Source: Podarcis erhardii
Lineage: Eukaryota
Reading direction: 5' to 3' (one strand)
Assembly: GCA_964252035.1 (NCBI GenBank)
Contig: OZ176202.1
Length of the DNA: 64,000 nucleotides
Shown: in pieces, positions 37,771-51,120 of the stretch
How positions within the stretch are numbered: position 1 is the first letter of the stretch
How the letters are laid out: every line of letters starts with the position of its first letter
Notes under the pieces: generated by a model
What the model saw: only the letters and a program-made list of their open reading frames with translations
The model's database searches: none
Told to the model about the DNA's origin: nothing
Made by a program: the position numbers and the translations under genes

Positions 37771-40585
37771 AGATCAGTGTTCTATGGAGCAGCCAAACCA
37801 CATGGAAAGATAAGACTCTTGAATAATACAAGCACAATTACGATAAGAGAGTGAATGAAGGAATATACAGAATGCTATCCAAGATACAGTTTCAGGAGAG
37901 AAAAATAGCCAAACCAACACTTTTGTTTTTCTGCTAAATTTCAGATTATAAGATGGGTCGTGATTTATTTTTAAAAATGGTTTATCTGTTTCCATATTTT
38001 ATTTTCAATTTTCAATAATTTAACAATTTAACATCCAAATTACTTATTTATTCATCCCTTCTAGACTCCCCCCCCCCATGCCTGGTTTCCAATTTCTCCC
38101 CTTTATTACCTTACACATCTTTACTTTTTGTGCTTTCATCTTGTATTTTTTTCTTGTGAACCGCCCTGAAATATATTGATGAATCTAATAAATACTCCTC
38201 CTCCTACTCTTTATTTTAAAAACCCCACAAAAACCCATTAATTTTCTTTCTATGCAAAATTAGATAAGGAGCCAACACAGTTCGCCATTCTATATTGTTG
38301 GTAGGCTAGATTTATATACAAGAATGTCAATAACAACAGCACCAAGCTGAAGGACATTAAAAATACTGAATAGATGCTTTCACATTCTTTGCTATCTAAA
38401 TGTGTTAGCAGTAACACATTGACAGAAAGAAGTATTTGAAATCAGAGTGTGAAACTGCTAAAGCTGCTTTGAATCTCATTTGCAAAAGGTAATACAAAGC
38501 TGTATCAATGTAGTAGGCTGATTAAGCACCTGAACTAATCAGCCCTCATAGCTTCTATGATATCGAATGTTACCAATTCAATCAACAATGAAAAAATTAG
38601 CACACATCATATGTATGGTGACACTTATTGTACCTTATATATAGAAAGAGCTATTACAGCACTTGATTAAAAAGGTATCATCAGTACAGTGAACACTATA
38701 GCTAGGCCTTGCATCATGAATGTATACTGAACAATTGAAAGTATATTCTTAACTTTTTAATGGTTTTTATTGTATGGTTTTTTTTGTTTTATTCTATAAA
38801 CCACCTTGATCTATTTTTGACACAATATATCAATATTGTTATATATAAATAAAAGTAAACTAACAAATGTGCCCAGAAGGTTGCTGTTTTTTTAAAAAAA
38901 AAAATCAGGGTCATGCTATCAGCTACCTGATTTTAAATAAAGGAAATACTGAATTATGGTTGCACTTTAATGCACATTTATTTGGGTGCCAGTCCCACAG
39001 AAGTTAACAGAACTTACAACTGATTAAACGCACACATATAAGGCTTTAACACCTGCTGAGAGAGGAAAATGTATGTCCTTGTGGGTGAATCCCCATAACT
39101 AGTTGCAGCCACTGAATAAAGTTGACAGCTCAGTTAGGAAGATTTGGAACTGAGGCTCCATTCCACACAGAGGCAGTAACAACCATCCTGTGCTAAGAAG
39201 CTGCAGTACCACTCTCAGGAATTTTAATTTAAAATATTTCCTATGTGATACAAGAAAAGAAGTAGGCCAAGAAGCAAGCAAAGGACAAAGAATTGACCAG
39301 CTTCATAGAGTCCTTCCTACTATGTCAGATTCAAGACAACCCTTTAAGCTGATACAACTCTGCGTCCCGAAATTCAGAGTATAGAAGCTTTGTAGGGAGT
39401 CAGACAAATGGTACTCCTCTTCGTATGACACCAGCTTGCCAATGGCTCGGCAGAGATTTCTTCTTGCTTTCAATGACCCTGTAATGAGAAACTTTAAAAC
39501 AAAAAAGGACCTTTTGCATGCAAAGCCTGTGTTCACTGAGCTATAGCAGTCTGCAGCTGTGCTGGGCATACCTTAACTCATAGCTCTTCAAATAAAAAAA
39601 CCCACTCAATTTCTAATACATAAAACTGCATACACTACAATTCACCACCGACAAAGATTAAAATATGTGTCAGGGTAAACTTTGAAAGCTTTCTCTTCTT
39701 TTTAAAATCATAGTGTAGTATTAGAAGAATCACAAAACTGGAAATATTTTTGTATACTAAAATAATTAGAACAATTTTCTCTCAACTTTTTAAAAAACTA
39801 AACGAAGAAAGACCAGCAGATTGAGGTTCCCAACAGCATATGCAGACAATGCGAAGTTTTAGACAGTGTCATAAAACATTAGGATATACTGTATTACCAA
39901 CCTTAGGTTGGCTGCAGTCTTAAAAATCTGACACTTATGTTAAATTTAATGTGCACTTAAGAAATTAAGTGACTTTTCAAGAGTCTAATTCAAAGCACTT
40001 GAGGTCTAGAATAATGGGTAGGGATATAGTAGATATGCTGTACATCTGTACCAATGCTGTGAAAATATTGAGGGTGAGGGGTTGTGATAACTGGTGCAAG
40101 ATCATTTCTGATTTGTTTCCCAATATAATGGAAATTCACAAAGCTAAAATTTTGAATATACACAGAGCAATGGCTCTTGGCAGCTAGAATGGTGGCAAAG
40201 CGGTAAAACTAAATGCACTGGAAAGGTAAGAGAGCTCCTAAGAGATTAAACAAATTAATCAAATGATACATCTGGCAATACATGAAGTACTGCATTTTTC
40301 TCTAGAAAACTCTTTACAGACAAATGAAAGAATTTTGACTACTTTCTTAGATAGATTTAGTGTTTGAAGTTCTGATGGTGTCAAACATTTATTCTGAATA
40401 TTCTTGAAAATCTTACAGAGAAAACTGTTACATGTGACAGTTGTACAGGCAAGTTTTGTTTCCAAACGTTTCATATCCATAAACATAAATATAAAAAGTA
40501 TGGGATTAGTAGAGTGATAATTCAGGATTTTTATTCAAATGATATTAGAAGGTGCAAGTTACAGCTCACAAGACTGCAACAAAGA

Positions 40586-40628
<43 letters not shown>
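40586..40628. repeat. (AAT)n microsatellite
   Basis: About 14 units, directly abutting MITE family 2. Confidence 0.9.
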
Positions 40629-40629
<1 letters not shown>

Positions 40630-40830
40630 AGTGGTACCTTGGTTTGCAACTGCTTTGGATTACAACCATGTCAAACCCGCGTCACTTATAACCCCCCCTT
40701 TTTTTTGGATTACAACCCATTTTTTGTGGGGGGAGGCCCCATTGGCGAAAGCGCACCTTGGGTTACAACCTGTTTTGGTTTACAACCGGACCTCTGGAAC
40801 GGATTATGGTTGTAAACCAAGGTACCCCTG
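40629..40830. mobile_element. TA-flanked MITE family 2 (ttacaacc internal repeats)
   Basis: TA-cagtggtaccttggttt..aaaccaaggtacccctg-TA. Confidence 0.85.
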
Positions 40831-43800
40831 TAATGTAAGAATGTAATGGAAGATTTGTAATGCAGGATCACAATTCTGGATTGTGCACGGTCAGGGTGGA
40901 GTAGGGGAGCAAAAAGTTGCACAAGAGCAGGGATCATAGATGAGAGGGAGAAGAAAGGAACATCAGAAAGCTATTTTTCCTTGTTAAAACTGGTTGGTTG
41001 CTTAAAAGAAACACCAACACTCCATGTTTCTCCATCCCTGTTTTAGTCAAACTCTGCTGTTGTTTATTATTCACAAGCAAACACCCATATATGCACAGCA
41101 ACCATCAACTGAACATAACTATCTCTAACCGAACATGCTACCTGACAAGCTTGTTCGAAAGACTCTATTCATCTTAAAGATATAGCATATATCAACACTG
41201 GGTGTGTCCACAACGCCAGCTGGAGAATAGCAAAGCAAGGAAATGAGGATGATCTGCATACAAGAGAGAGTTGGGGACAGGGGGAGGGGAAAGAGGTGGT
41301 ACAAATGGGCTTGCAAAGAAAGGAAGGAGTAGGAGGCATGGGAATAGGGGTGAAGATGAGAGCAGGGGAATGAAAGGCTTTGAAGGAAAGGAGAAGGCAG
41401 AAGGTGGAAAAGGTGCTAAGCAGTTGCAATGTGTGGGAGAAGGAAAATGCATGTTACCATGGGGGTTGTTTGTGCGCAAGGGGGAGGGTTGCACAAAAGG
41501 AAGAAAGGAGAGGCATGGGCATGGTGGTGAAGGTAAAAATGGGGCTGCAGAATAGAAAAGTGGTTTCAGAGATGGGGTTGGGATGGTGAAACATGATAGC
41601 CAGACAACAATAACTAGGAAGTGGTTTTCTACAAGGACCAAAGGACAAACCTTTATTTATAAAATATAGATTATTCTTCTGCTTCTAGGCTCTAAAATAT
41701 CGGGACCTACTCTAAGCCTTGTGGCAAAAAATCCAAACAAATAATTCCAGTAGAATATGTATAATTGCTCTTATCTTTAACATAACAAATCCCAGATTTT
41801 CAAGTATTAACAGGGTTTGTTTAAAACAGAACTATGTAATAACAGAAGCGAACACTAAACATTATTTCATTATTCAGCCATACATAAGCAGCACATTTCC
41901 ACTGATTTCCTGTTGATATGCAAAATAAACCTGCCCTAGCTTTTAAAGTGGTGTTCTTTCAAAATATAGTATGCTACCTTTAAAACTGCAAGATAAAACA
42001 TCTCAGGGAAAAAGTCTTGGGAGTGTCATTTTTTCCAGTGTAGGTGTGTATACAAAGTGAAGCTCAAAAACATTTTAAAATGTTTCTCACTGCTTTTGAC
42101 ATAAGCCACTTCCTTTCTAAAGCCCACACACAGCTGTATCAAACAGAATGTGACTCTTATTCACATGTATTTTACTAATGTGAAATAAATGACAAGCTTT
42201 TTTTTTACCATAGCTACATTTAAATTATAAGGAACTTTGACATTAGGCATACACTGTCCAAAGTACGCTTAGTAGTAGTCTGAATCAAACATGAATTCTT
42301 TACCCAGTGAATTCACTCTTAGCTACTAAATATTTTGTAAAGTTGATTAACTGTTCTCTATGCATTTGGATACCTCTTAACACATTGAATCAAGATGGCA
42401 GAATGAACCTTTTAAACCTGTACTGATTTTAATCAAATTTTGCCATGAAACGGGATCATATGACATCTATCCTTAAATATCAGCCCCAGCTGCCTCCTTA
42501 GGTTGCTGACTTTGGGCTCTAAGTACTTGAAATATCATTTTCCGTGTTACAGAATAACTCATGCTATAAAATCTGTGGCTCTGGTCATAGTTCCATCTAC
42601 AGCTACAGTATATGGTAAGACCGTATGGAACAGAGCCTTTTCTGTTGTGCTATCCCAGACGTACAATCCCCTCTCCATGGAGATACAATTGTCCACTACA
42701 TTAGTTGTATCGAGATGCAACTGTTTCCTTGGGCCTATGGAACAAGTACTTAGGATGAAATGCTTCTTAGCTGGCACACCAACAACACAAACCAAGACAG
42801 AAACTTTATGACGCTGTAGTAGATGCCATGGGGCACAATGGATTGGGTTTAGGAGGTCATATATCACATATCAGCCTGGAATCTTCATTAAACTTGCATG
42901 CAACAATGTTATCTTATCTGTATGACAACTGTTTTCCAAAACAAAAAGTAGGCTAAATCAAATCTCATTGCTCTTTTTCAACTACTGCAATTTGTCAGCA
43001 ATACCCATATAACCAACAAGAAGATTTTAGCAGTAACAGAATGTTAAGCAAGTGACCACAAAGTGGAAAAATACAATGGATCTAGTGTATATGACCTTTA
43101 GACAGAAAGGAAAACACTCAAGGGTTGAGTCACATGAATATCCTCCCCATCTCTTTCGCTTTTTTCTTGAGTTTTAGCTGTTGAATCCATGTGCATATCT
43201 TCAGTTAAAGCACACTTCTTGTAGTATCAACTAATCAATACACACATGCACCATTTGATATAGGCAAGCAGACAAGCAGCAAATTCCTGAGTTTTAATGC
43301 ACTTAAATTGTTTTAAGAAATAGACACTAATTCACAGAACTATGGAACTCTTTCTAAGTTTTAAGGCAAATCTCTTTAATAGATGTTGCCACAGATTTAA
43401 TTGTCGTGGGACCAAGGGTTTTATCCACATTTTTTAAAGGTAGGCAGGGAAACAGGAGACCAAAACTGCAACACAGTTTATACAGGAATACCCATTTCAC
43501 TCCTGCTCCCACAGAACCTATTTTACCTATAGCTCAAAACCTCAAAGAACTACAGACAGAAAGCTGTCACAAATGAAGTCAGCAGTTCTAAACAAAATAT
43601 AAAAAATACAATAATGACAAAGATAGATTTTCAACTTTTGGACTGTTGTAGTGTTTCTATATAGCCTTTAGAATGGCCATGAAACACAAGTAACCAAACT
43701 ATTCAATGATATTTAAACAGCTTTCCAACAAAACACAGAATGAGCAACCATTATTTTCACTTCAGTTCCAATTACTAAATTCAGGCACACTAAGGAAAAG

Positions 43801-46763
43801 AATATTTTTTATTTATTAATTCCACAAAATGTGAGTGCAAAATTAAACTATTTTTAGAGTTTTTAGGAATGAAAATATACAATTCTGGTGTTGTTGTTTT
43901 TTTAAAAAAACAGTATTAATGGAGAAGCCACCAGCACAAGGTACTTTGAACCCTCACAGCAAGACACGGAAGACAGTGTGCACTGATTATTAATCCTCAA
44001 TTTAAATTTATTTTATATATCTATATTTTTCATGAAACAAGCTACAGGTCAATTTTACTTTAAAATTTGATTTTGAATACATAAAAAACCTAAGATACTG
44101 CTTTCACAATGCTCTGAATATTTTGACTAGCACATTTTAGATGTCCAAAATACACATCCAAATAGTTTTTTACAGTTTCAAAATATACACCATTTATAAA
44201 AAAATGTACCATATATACACAAGCAAAAACAGAGGCTGGCTTCAGAGCAGTAAAATATCAGTAAAATGTAAAGGAATGATGCACGTTTGCAGAGATCAGG
44301 ATTAAAATTTGCTGCCTCACCTCCAGCTCGGGTTTGCACACATTGTACAGCATGCTGGCTGTTATCATAAAAAGGAGGTCAATGCACACCACCAATATAG
44401 CAACCCACATGTTCTTCATTTCCACAGTACTTCGGGCTTGTAAGTTACCACCTCTCTGAACTCAAATGAACTTGTAGATTCAAGATATGGGAAAAGGGGC
44501 AGGTGGATCACTATAAAGGAGAGAGGCATGCAGCAGCCTTGCACTGTTATCTAACAAACACAGCGCAACAATAAGTTTGCAAATGCCTTTCAGCCTGCCA
44601 GGAGGGAGAGGATAAATTTATTCAGCTCCATGTCAAGCCCCTCCAAGGGGTGCAACCATATCCAAAAGAGAATGGGTCATGTCCTAAGTTACCTGAAGAG
44701 TATGTGCCATTCAGAAATATTCTCAAAGCTAAAAATCTTTTCAAAAAATCTAGGAAGCAAAAATATAGTTACAAAACAAGGTAACATTCATCTTTGGTCA
44801 ACCCTTGTGTTATATACATCTACAAAAAAACCTGCAGCATCATAGCACTATTATATCTAAATATACAGTGTTTACTCATTTACTTAATGACCATTTCGGA
44901 ACCTGTCTAAATAGGTAGTCCATGGCTTCAAGCTGTGGTCAAATGAGTGATGGACTACACTACAATTATTCCAGTCAAGCTGCCTAAACCACACCTGCCA
45001 CAATCTACCACACTAGTCCACCTACATCACAACAGCCTCTTCCCTTCATTTTCTATGGAATCCCATACAATTACGGTACATGGGATGACTAGGAGAAAAC
45101 TTTAAGCAAAAGTGACAGAGGAAGAATTCCACTGAGCAAGAGATACTGGAAAAACACTATTTTTGTCATCTGATGCAGTAAGCATTTGGACATAGTGATA
45201 TTTAATGAGACTGCTGAATTGTGACAATAAGTGTCAAATCACAACAATAAAATAAAAAAATAAAATTGCACCAAAATGCAATGGAATGTACCTTACAATA
45301 AAAATATATTTTCAAGTTAAAAATCAAAATTATTTTACATACTGACATGGCTGTTTGTTTCTTAAAGCATGTAAAAACATCTCTCAAAAAATATATATAT
45401 TTTACCCAGTGAACTAAATAATAGCTGCCTGTTAAATTAAATACAAAAGTTAGGATAGGGTTCTCACTGAAAATACAGCAATGCATTATGTTCTGTTCAA
45501 AACACTTGATACTATCAAAAACATACAAAGTCTTAACTTGACAAATGCCTATAATCCTTGATGAAGATAATAATAATAAAGACAAGTATGGAAAGAAGCA
45601 GAAACAGAAAGCTAATAGACAAAAAATATAATCTTATCACCATTTGAATGAGATTTAAGATACTGGTGCTCAAAAGAATAGTATTCTACAACATATAGTT
45701 TAAAAAATTGAAGAAGTAGGTGTTTTGGTTAATAATTAAGTTATTCCTCAGTTGGACAGAGAACATACGGATCATTCTATATTAAAAACATGGGGAAATT
45801 TAAAGGACCGCTGCACACATTACACTTTTTACAGGTACATGTAAAATATTTTGCTTGTACCTTAGTAAGTTTTATAAAGTGAGCACATGGCTGGCATATG
45901 TCTGCTTATTTGTACAATATATGTTTGAACCAGGAAGACAGACTGGGCTGTGGTTCCCTGCTATGCACCTATATGACAGCTAACACACATGACCTCCTGA
46001 TTTAATATGAAGGGACGAGAAAGCCAGAGAGTGCAGGAAAGTACAGTAATGCTAAATAATTTGTGTGAAAGAAAAAAAATGCATTTGACAACTACCCATT
46101 AAAAAAAATTTCACAAGCTGTGCTCTTGAATGTATACTTCTGGTCTCACCAAGTTTGAACATGATGGTAAGCCATTTGTAAATTAAATATTTTTGCCATG
46201 GGGATTTCAAAAACATGCACTGACAAATCAATTTTTCAAAGAAAGGGACAGATTAAAAACAAAGCAAACAAAGCTCTAATGTGCCACAAGGCAGCTACAA
46301 ACAGTAACAGTGCCATGTTAAACACATTAGAGATTTAAAACATTATGGAAATTCATTCACAGCAAATATTTAATAATTTGGTCCCCAGTGTAATTTTTGT
46401 TAAAGGTAATCCTGAAACCATAAATTAATATGTTGTTTCTAGCAGGAGCTAGCACACTCTTTCTTAAAAATATTTTTTCAATATTAATTATTTAGAAAAG
46501 ATTCAGCACCTTAACACATTATTCCAAAGTTGAGGCGCTAAAGATTAAGATCTACCTCTATCAATTACAGAATAAAAAGATAAAAAGGACTGGAATTCAG
46601 TGCATCTATTCAAAAACTTTACTACAAAAGTTTGTTAACCAAAATTAACTGACAATTGTCTTTGCATTTAAGACATCCATTCCACTTTGCCGTCCAAGTC
46701 AACCTGTTCAAAATATCTTTTTTAATGTAAAAATAATCAAAACTGCATTAGTTCATTGTGCTG

Positions 46764-48262
46764 TTATCTAGTGAAGGCTTTCTTTTGGCCTAATTTTACA
46801 ATGTCATCTGGAGATGGCGATTTGAAGTCAAAAGGTGTTATTGCTAATAAGGGTCCAGTTTCATTAATTTTTACTTCTTGCATTTGCCTACTGTATAAGA
46901 AAGCCTTATGAAGATTAACTGTTTGGCGCTTACATCTCTTTGGGGGATAATGAAGACACAGAGTTATAGCAAAGGCTGATGGTGTTGCAGAGAGGGCCTT
47001 TGCCCAGGAAACAGTGCCTTCCAAAATATGTGACCTCATTTTCTTTTGGTTCTTCTTCCTTCCTTTAGCTACAAACATTTGTCGTCCTTGCTTTGAAAAT
47101 AAAGCATCTTTTTCTGGAAGTGACGTGCCTGACTGTACATGAACATGTTGAGGAGATAATGTTGATTTTCTAATAAGAACACTTAGATCAATATCTGAAT
47201 TCACAACTGTAGGTTGCACTGTTTTAGGTATACAAAGCTCAGAACAGCTGCTTGTTGTTCGAGGCTTATCCAATGCAGTTGATTTTGCAATTAAATCTGA
47301 AAGTGATAAACTCTCAAGCTCTTTTACTGGAGAAGACTTGGAGAATGTTAAGGAAGATAAAGATCCTGACAGTTCTGTCATTCCAGATGAAATTTGAGGT
47401 TGGTTGGCTAGTTGGGACAATGGTGAAAGTCCTAATTCCCAGTCTGTGAAACCTGCTGATGGGTTGCAAAGATCAGATAAGGGTTGAGGCTTGTTTGAAT
47501 TACTTCCTTGGTGTTCCTGTAGGAGATCAGCCAGTGATGGGCTTTGAGACACTGAAAATGTTAAGCTATTCACTTTTGAAGAGGTGCTGATATGCCCTTG
47601 GAAGCAGCCCTTACCATGTGAAAATGAAGGGGCATTTCCAGATAGATCGGCCTTTTTACTGAGCTGGTAACTTCTCTTGCTGTCCAGCATCAAATTTCCA
47701 AAAGCATTTATAAAACCAGGAGGGTTATCCAAACAGCTTTTGCTATCATGACTGTAGTTTTTCTGGAGAAAAATTAATGCACTATCTTGGGCATCTGCTG
47801 AATCACCTGTTTCGTTAAGCCTGACCAGGCCCTTCAAGCCAACTCCTTTAAATTCAGATGGGTTCCAAGACACATTTTCTGAAGAATTTTCCTTCAGCAA
47901 TTCAGCCTCTGAACTAAAGCATGCATCACTTTCATTGCAAGATTTCCAACTTGTGCTGGTGCTGTCAGTTGGTGGGAGTGTTACCTGCTTGTTCAGTGGC
48001 TTATAAAGTGACTTATCATTGTCACTGAATGGTATAGAAAGAGCTCCCGAGGAATTACAAACAGATTTTTTCTTTTTTACTGAAGGTGTTTTGACATATT
48101 TGGGTCTGAAGATTGTTTTGTCACCTGGAGCTGAAGCGTTACAAGATTCAAAATTGACCACAGGGTTGCTAAGACTACAGCAGGACTTAGTGGTATCTAA
48201 AGTATTTTCAATGGAGTTAGTCAAGTTGTTAGTGCTAGAAAATATTTCTGAGCAAAATAAGC
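46764..48262 (-). CDS. HBS1L: HBS1L alternative terminal exon encoding the SKI7-like short isoform (HBS1LV3 type)
   Basis: Stop-free 1499 nt in phase with exon 4 (GLFCSE...). Blocks PSLADLLQEH, LSQLANQ, ELSGSLSSL, DIDLSVLI, WAKALSATPSAFAITLC, FLYSRQ and PFDFKSPSPDDIV..QKKAFTR* match recalled human HBS1LV3. Exact acceptor is inferred; an in-frame alternative exists at 48247. Confidence 0.9.
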
Positions 48263-48815
48263 CTTACCTTACAAGAGCCAACAATTCCAAGAGAGATACA
48301 GGGTCAAAGCAAAAACAGTTCCAATTTGTGGCAAAGCAGGAAAGCCAACAGCAAAACAGAAAAAACACAGAAAGGCATTTAATTAACAAACATTATCAAA
48401 ACTGTATTAGATGTGTAAATCACAGCCTCGTGAATTCAGTTTACTAAGTATGCTAAATAGACAACTCTGCAGTTGAAATTTAGCACTACTAAGCTAGAAT
48501 ATGCCACGTTTTTCAATATTATCTCTCTAATTACACAATCTGCATCAAATTTATAAATTAACCATTACATGATATAATTTTAGTTCAAATTATTTAGTGC
48601 AACATTTAGTGCTAATGATATTTACAGATCCTTGGAAGACTACAGATTAACAATACGTTAAGCATTCATCACAGGATGCCTCTATATATGTAGCTTAGTC
48701 ATTTAAGTTATTAACAAACAGAAATAGTAAAAAGAAGCAAAAAACTTCCTATACAGCTGCCCCTTATGCAAAAGAGCCACATAGTAAATCACACAAAAAT
48801 TAAACGTAAACATAC

Positions 48816-49007
48816 CTTTTGTTGCCTTCCCTGCAATTACAGCATCCTCATTCTTGATCTTATTTTGCTTATTGTCTTGGGCAAGTACACAATCCAAAGC
48901 TTGTTGTACATCAAATTTACTGCTCAATACTGCTTCCACCATCACTTTCTCAGGCACAGACTTTCCAAGCACTTCTCTCATGCGATCAAGGCACAAATCA
49001 AGCTTAG
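48816..49007 (-). CDS. HBS1L: HBS1L coding exon 4 (last exon shared by both isoforms)
   Basis: ttttag|CT...AAAG|gtatgt; AKLDLCLDRMREVLGKSVPEKVMVEAVLSSKFDVQQALDCVLAQD...ATK; 192 nt. Confidence 0.95.
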
Positions 49008-49242
49008 CTAAAAAAAAAGGACAAGGGACTCTCATATAATGGCTTTAAATAAATATGCATAGTTGCACCAAATTTTGAAGCAGTGTGCTCTAAGTTTTCT
49101 TAACCAAATCACAACCATCTTTATCCAGGAACAAATATCCATTCTCCACCCTTTTAGAGGAGTGGTCCCCAACCTTTTTGGTATGGTGACCCACAAGTCC
49201 AAATTTATTGTCACATCAATTTTGGACCTTATGACTTCGGCA

Positions 49243-49310
49243 GTTGTCAGTTTCATACATTTAAACTGTGTCTGCCGTTGTCAGTTTCATACATTTAAAC
49301 TGTGTCTGCC
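49243..49310. repeat. Perfect 34-bp tandem duplication
   Basis: gttgtcagtttcatacatttaaactgtgtctgcc x2. Confidence 0.95.
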
Positions 49311-50675
49311 TATTTTTTAACAGTTATTTAAGAGATCTAAGCAAAAAGTAACTTAATGCCCCTATTTATGTGGAATTTGATGAAATGTTTATAGTACTTA
49401 CAAAGTTATTCACAGATTTGTTTATGAGAACACCAAACATCTGACTGTAGGCTATTTCTTAATAAGTTATTAAAAAATTCTTTAAAAAGTATTGCTACAG
49501 AGTGTCAGATACAATGAAGTATGACTATTTTAAATTAACTTTATCATGAATAACATTACTTCTGAAGATATCAGTGGGAGGGCTGAGTTTGCATTTTACC
49601 AAAGAGCATAATGTTGGGTTTGATGGTTGCCAAACATAGCCTCAGATCATTATTGATAAATAATTACTATATTTCATCCTCACAGCAGTCACTGCTGAAA
49701 AATCTCACAACTATAATTATTCTGGGTTTGAACAGGCTTTGTAACCCATTTGCAGGTCCAACACACAAGTTGGGAAGCACTGACATAGGACATTCTATTT
49801 TCCTAAGCAGAATAATGAAGTTGTCAGCTTTTAGGACTTCATAACAGGCTGAATATTTATCAGCATAGGTATCATCAAGAAGACAAACAGCATTTACTCC
49901 CAAGGGGAAAATGCATATATTCAGCATTAAATAATTCAACATAATTTGATACATCACTTAACAGTACATTTTAAGCATTTACAGATACTGTAATTAACTT
50001 CTAAGGTAAATCACATCTTCTCAGGCCTCAGGATTTAGCAGATGGTTAACCACAACTGCAAGCACTGGAAGTGGAGTGCTAATAAAAATCTGCTAATTAC
50101 AAGCCTTTAGCTCTAAGAACTGTGAATCGCTTATTTTAATTCAATACCCTTCTAAAAGCCTGTCCACCTACTCCAATCTACATTACAGAAGTACAGTGAA
50201 GAGTAAGCAGATCTGAAGAGGAACATCCAAAAAAAACTGAAAGAAATGTAAGGTTATCCAAGAAAACTCTGAAAAGGGCATTAGTAGCTTGAGTGTCAAT
50301 AGCTGAGCAACTGAGGAACTGTATTCATGGTGTTGACTACAGAAGGAGCTTGCAACACCAAATCCCCCAGTATGCTTCCCAGCCCAAGTGAGGCTGATCT
50401 AACAGTAGCCCTCAGGCCCTCATAACAGCCATCTCTGTACATCCATCTATTTACTGCGGGTGGAGGGAGAACAGATGATGAGAGGGTAAGTGAAGGTAAA
50501 GGGAGTGATTTGAAGTCTCCATCAGTCCATCTCTCCACCCAATAGCCTCCACTCATTAAATCTAATAACTATTATGCAAACTTCAGAATATGACATTACT
50601 GTCACATGCACATGTTCTGGTGGCAACACAATCACTTCAGTTTATTAAGTCAATGTAATATATATTTACAATTAC

Positions 50676-50807
50676 CTTTTTCAGCACCTGTTAGCTGGTG
50701 ACTTGGAATACAATCATTGCTATGTTCTGCTTCATAATCATATTTTTCTTCTAATGTCTCGGCATATGCAGTAGGATTATCGCGTCTTGAGTAAATGAAT
50801 TGAGCAG
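50676..50807 (-). CDS. HBS1L: HBS1L coding exon 3
   Basis: ttatag|CT...AAAG|gtaatt; AAQFIYSRRDNPTAYAETLEEKYDYEAEHSNDCIPSHQLTGAEK; 132 nt. Confidence 0.93.
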
Positions 50808-51120
50808 CTATAACATAAACAAAGAGTTCAACAGTTTTGTTCAATTCCCAAATCCTAAGACTTTTTGTGCCATTTAATAAATCAGGCTATTTTTTAACAC
50901 TTACAGCAAAGCAAATATTTGTTATTCTAACAATTCATAATATGCTTTTCTGTAAATGCTTCAGATTTCTATGGTATATCCTACTCTTGCCAATTCAGTT
51001 TCCTATTATGATCAACACAAGTTGTGAGCAACTAGTTTGGCTTTAGAGGACTTCCATCTTTCACGGCAATTTGTTTTTAGCGTAGCTATATGGCCACAGC
51101 AATATAAAATTAGTTCAGTT

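Noticed and set aside
41125-41648. Overlapping ORFs in a purine-rich tract
   Set aside because: Produced by A/G versus C/T strand asymmetry; low complexity
48019-48447. 142-aa ORF antisense to the start of the SKI7-like exon
   Set aside because: Shadow of the real exon plus the AG-free pyrimidine tract
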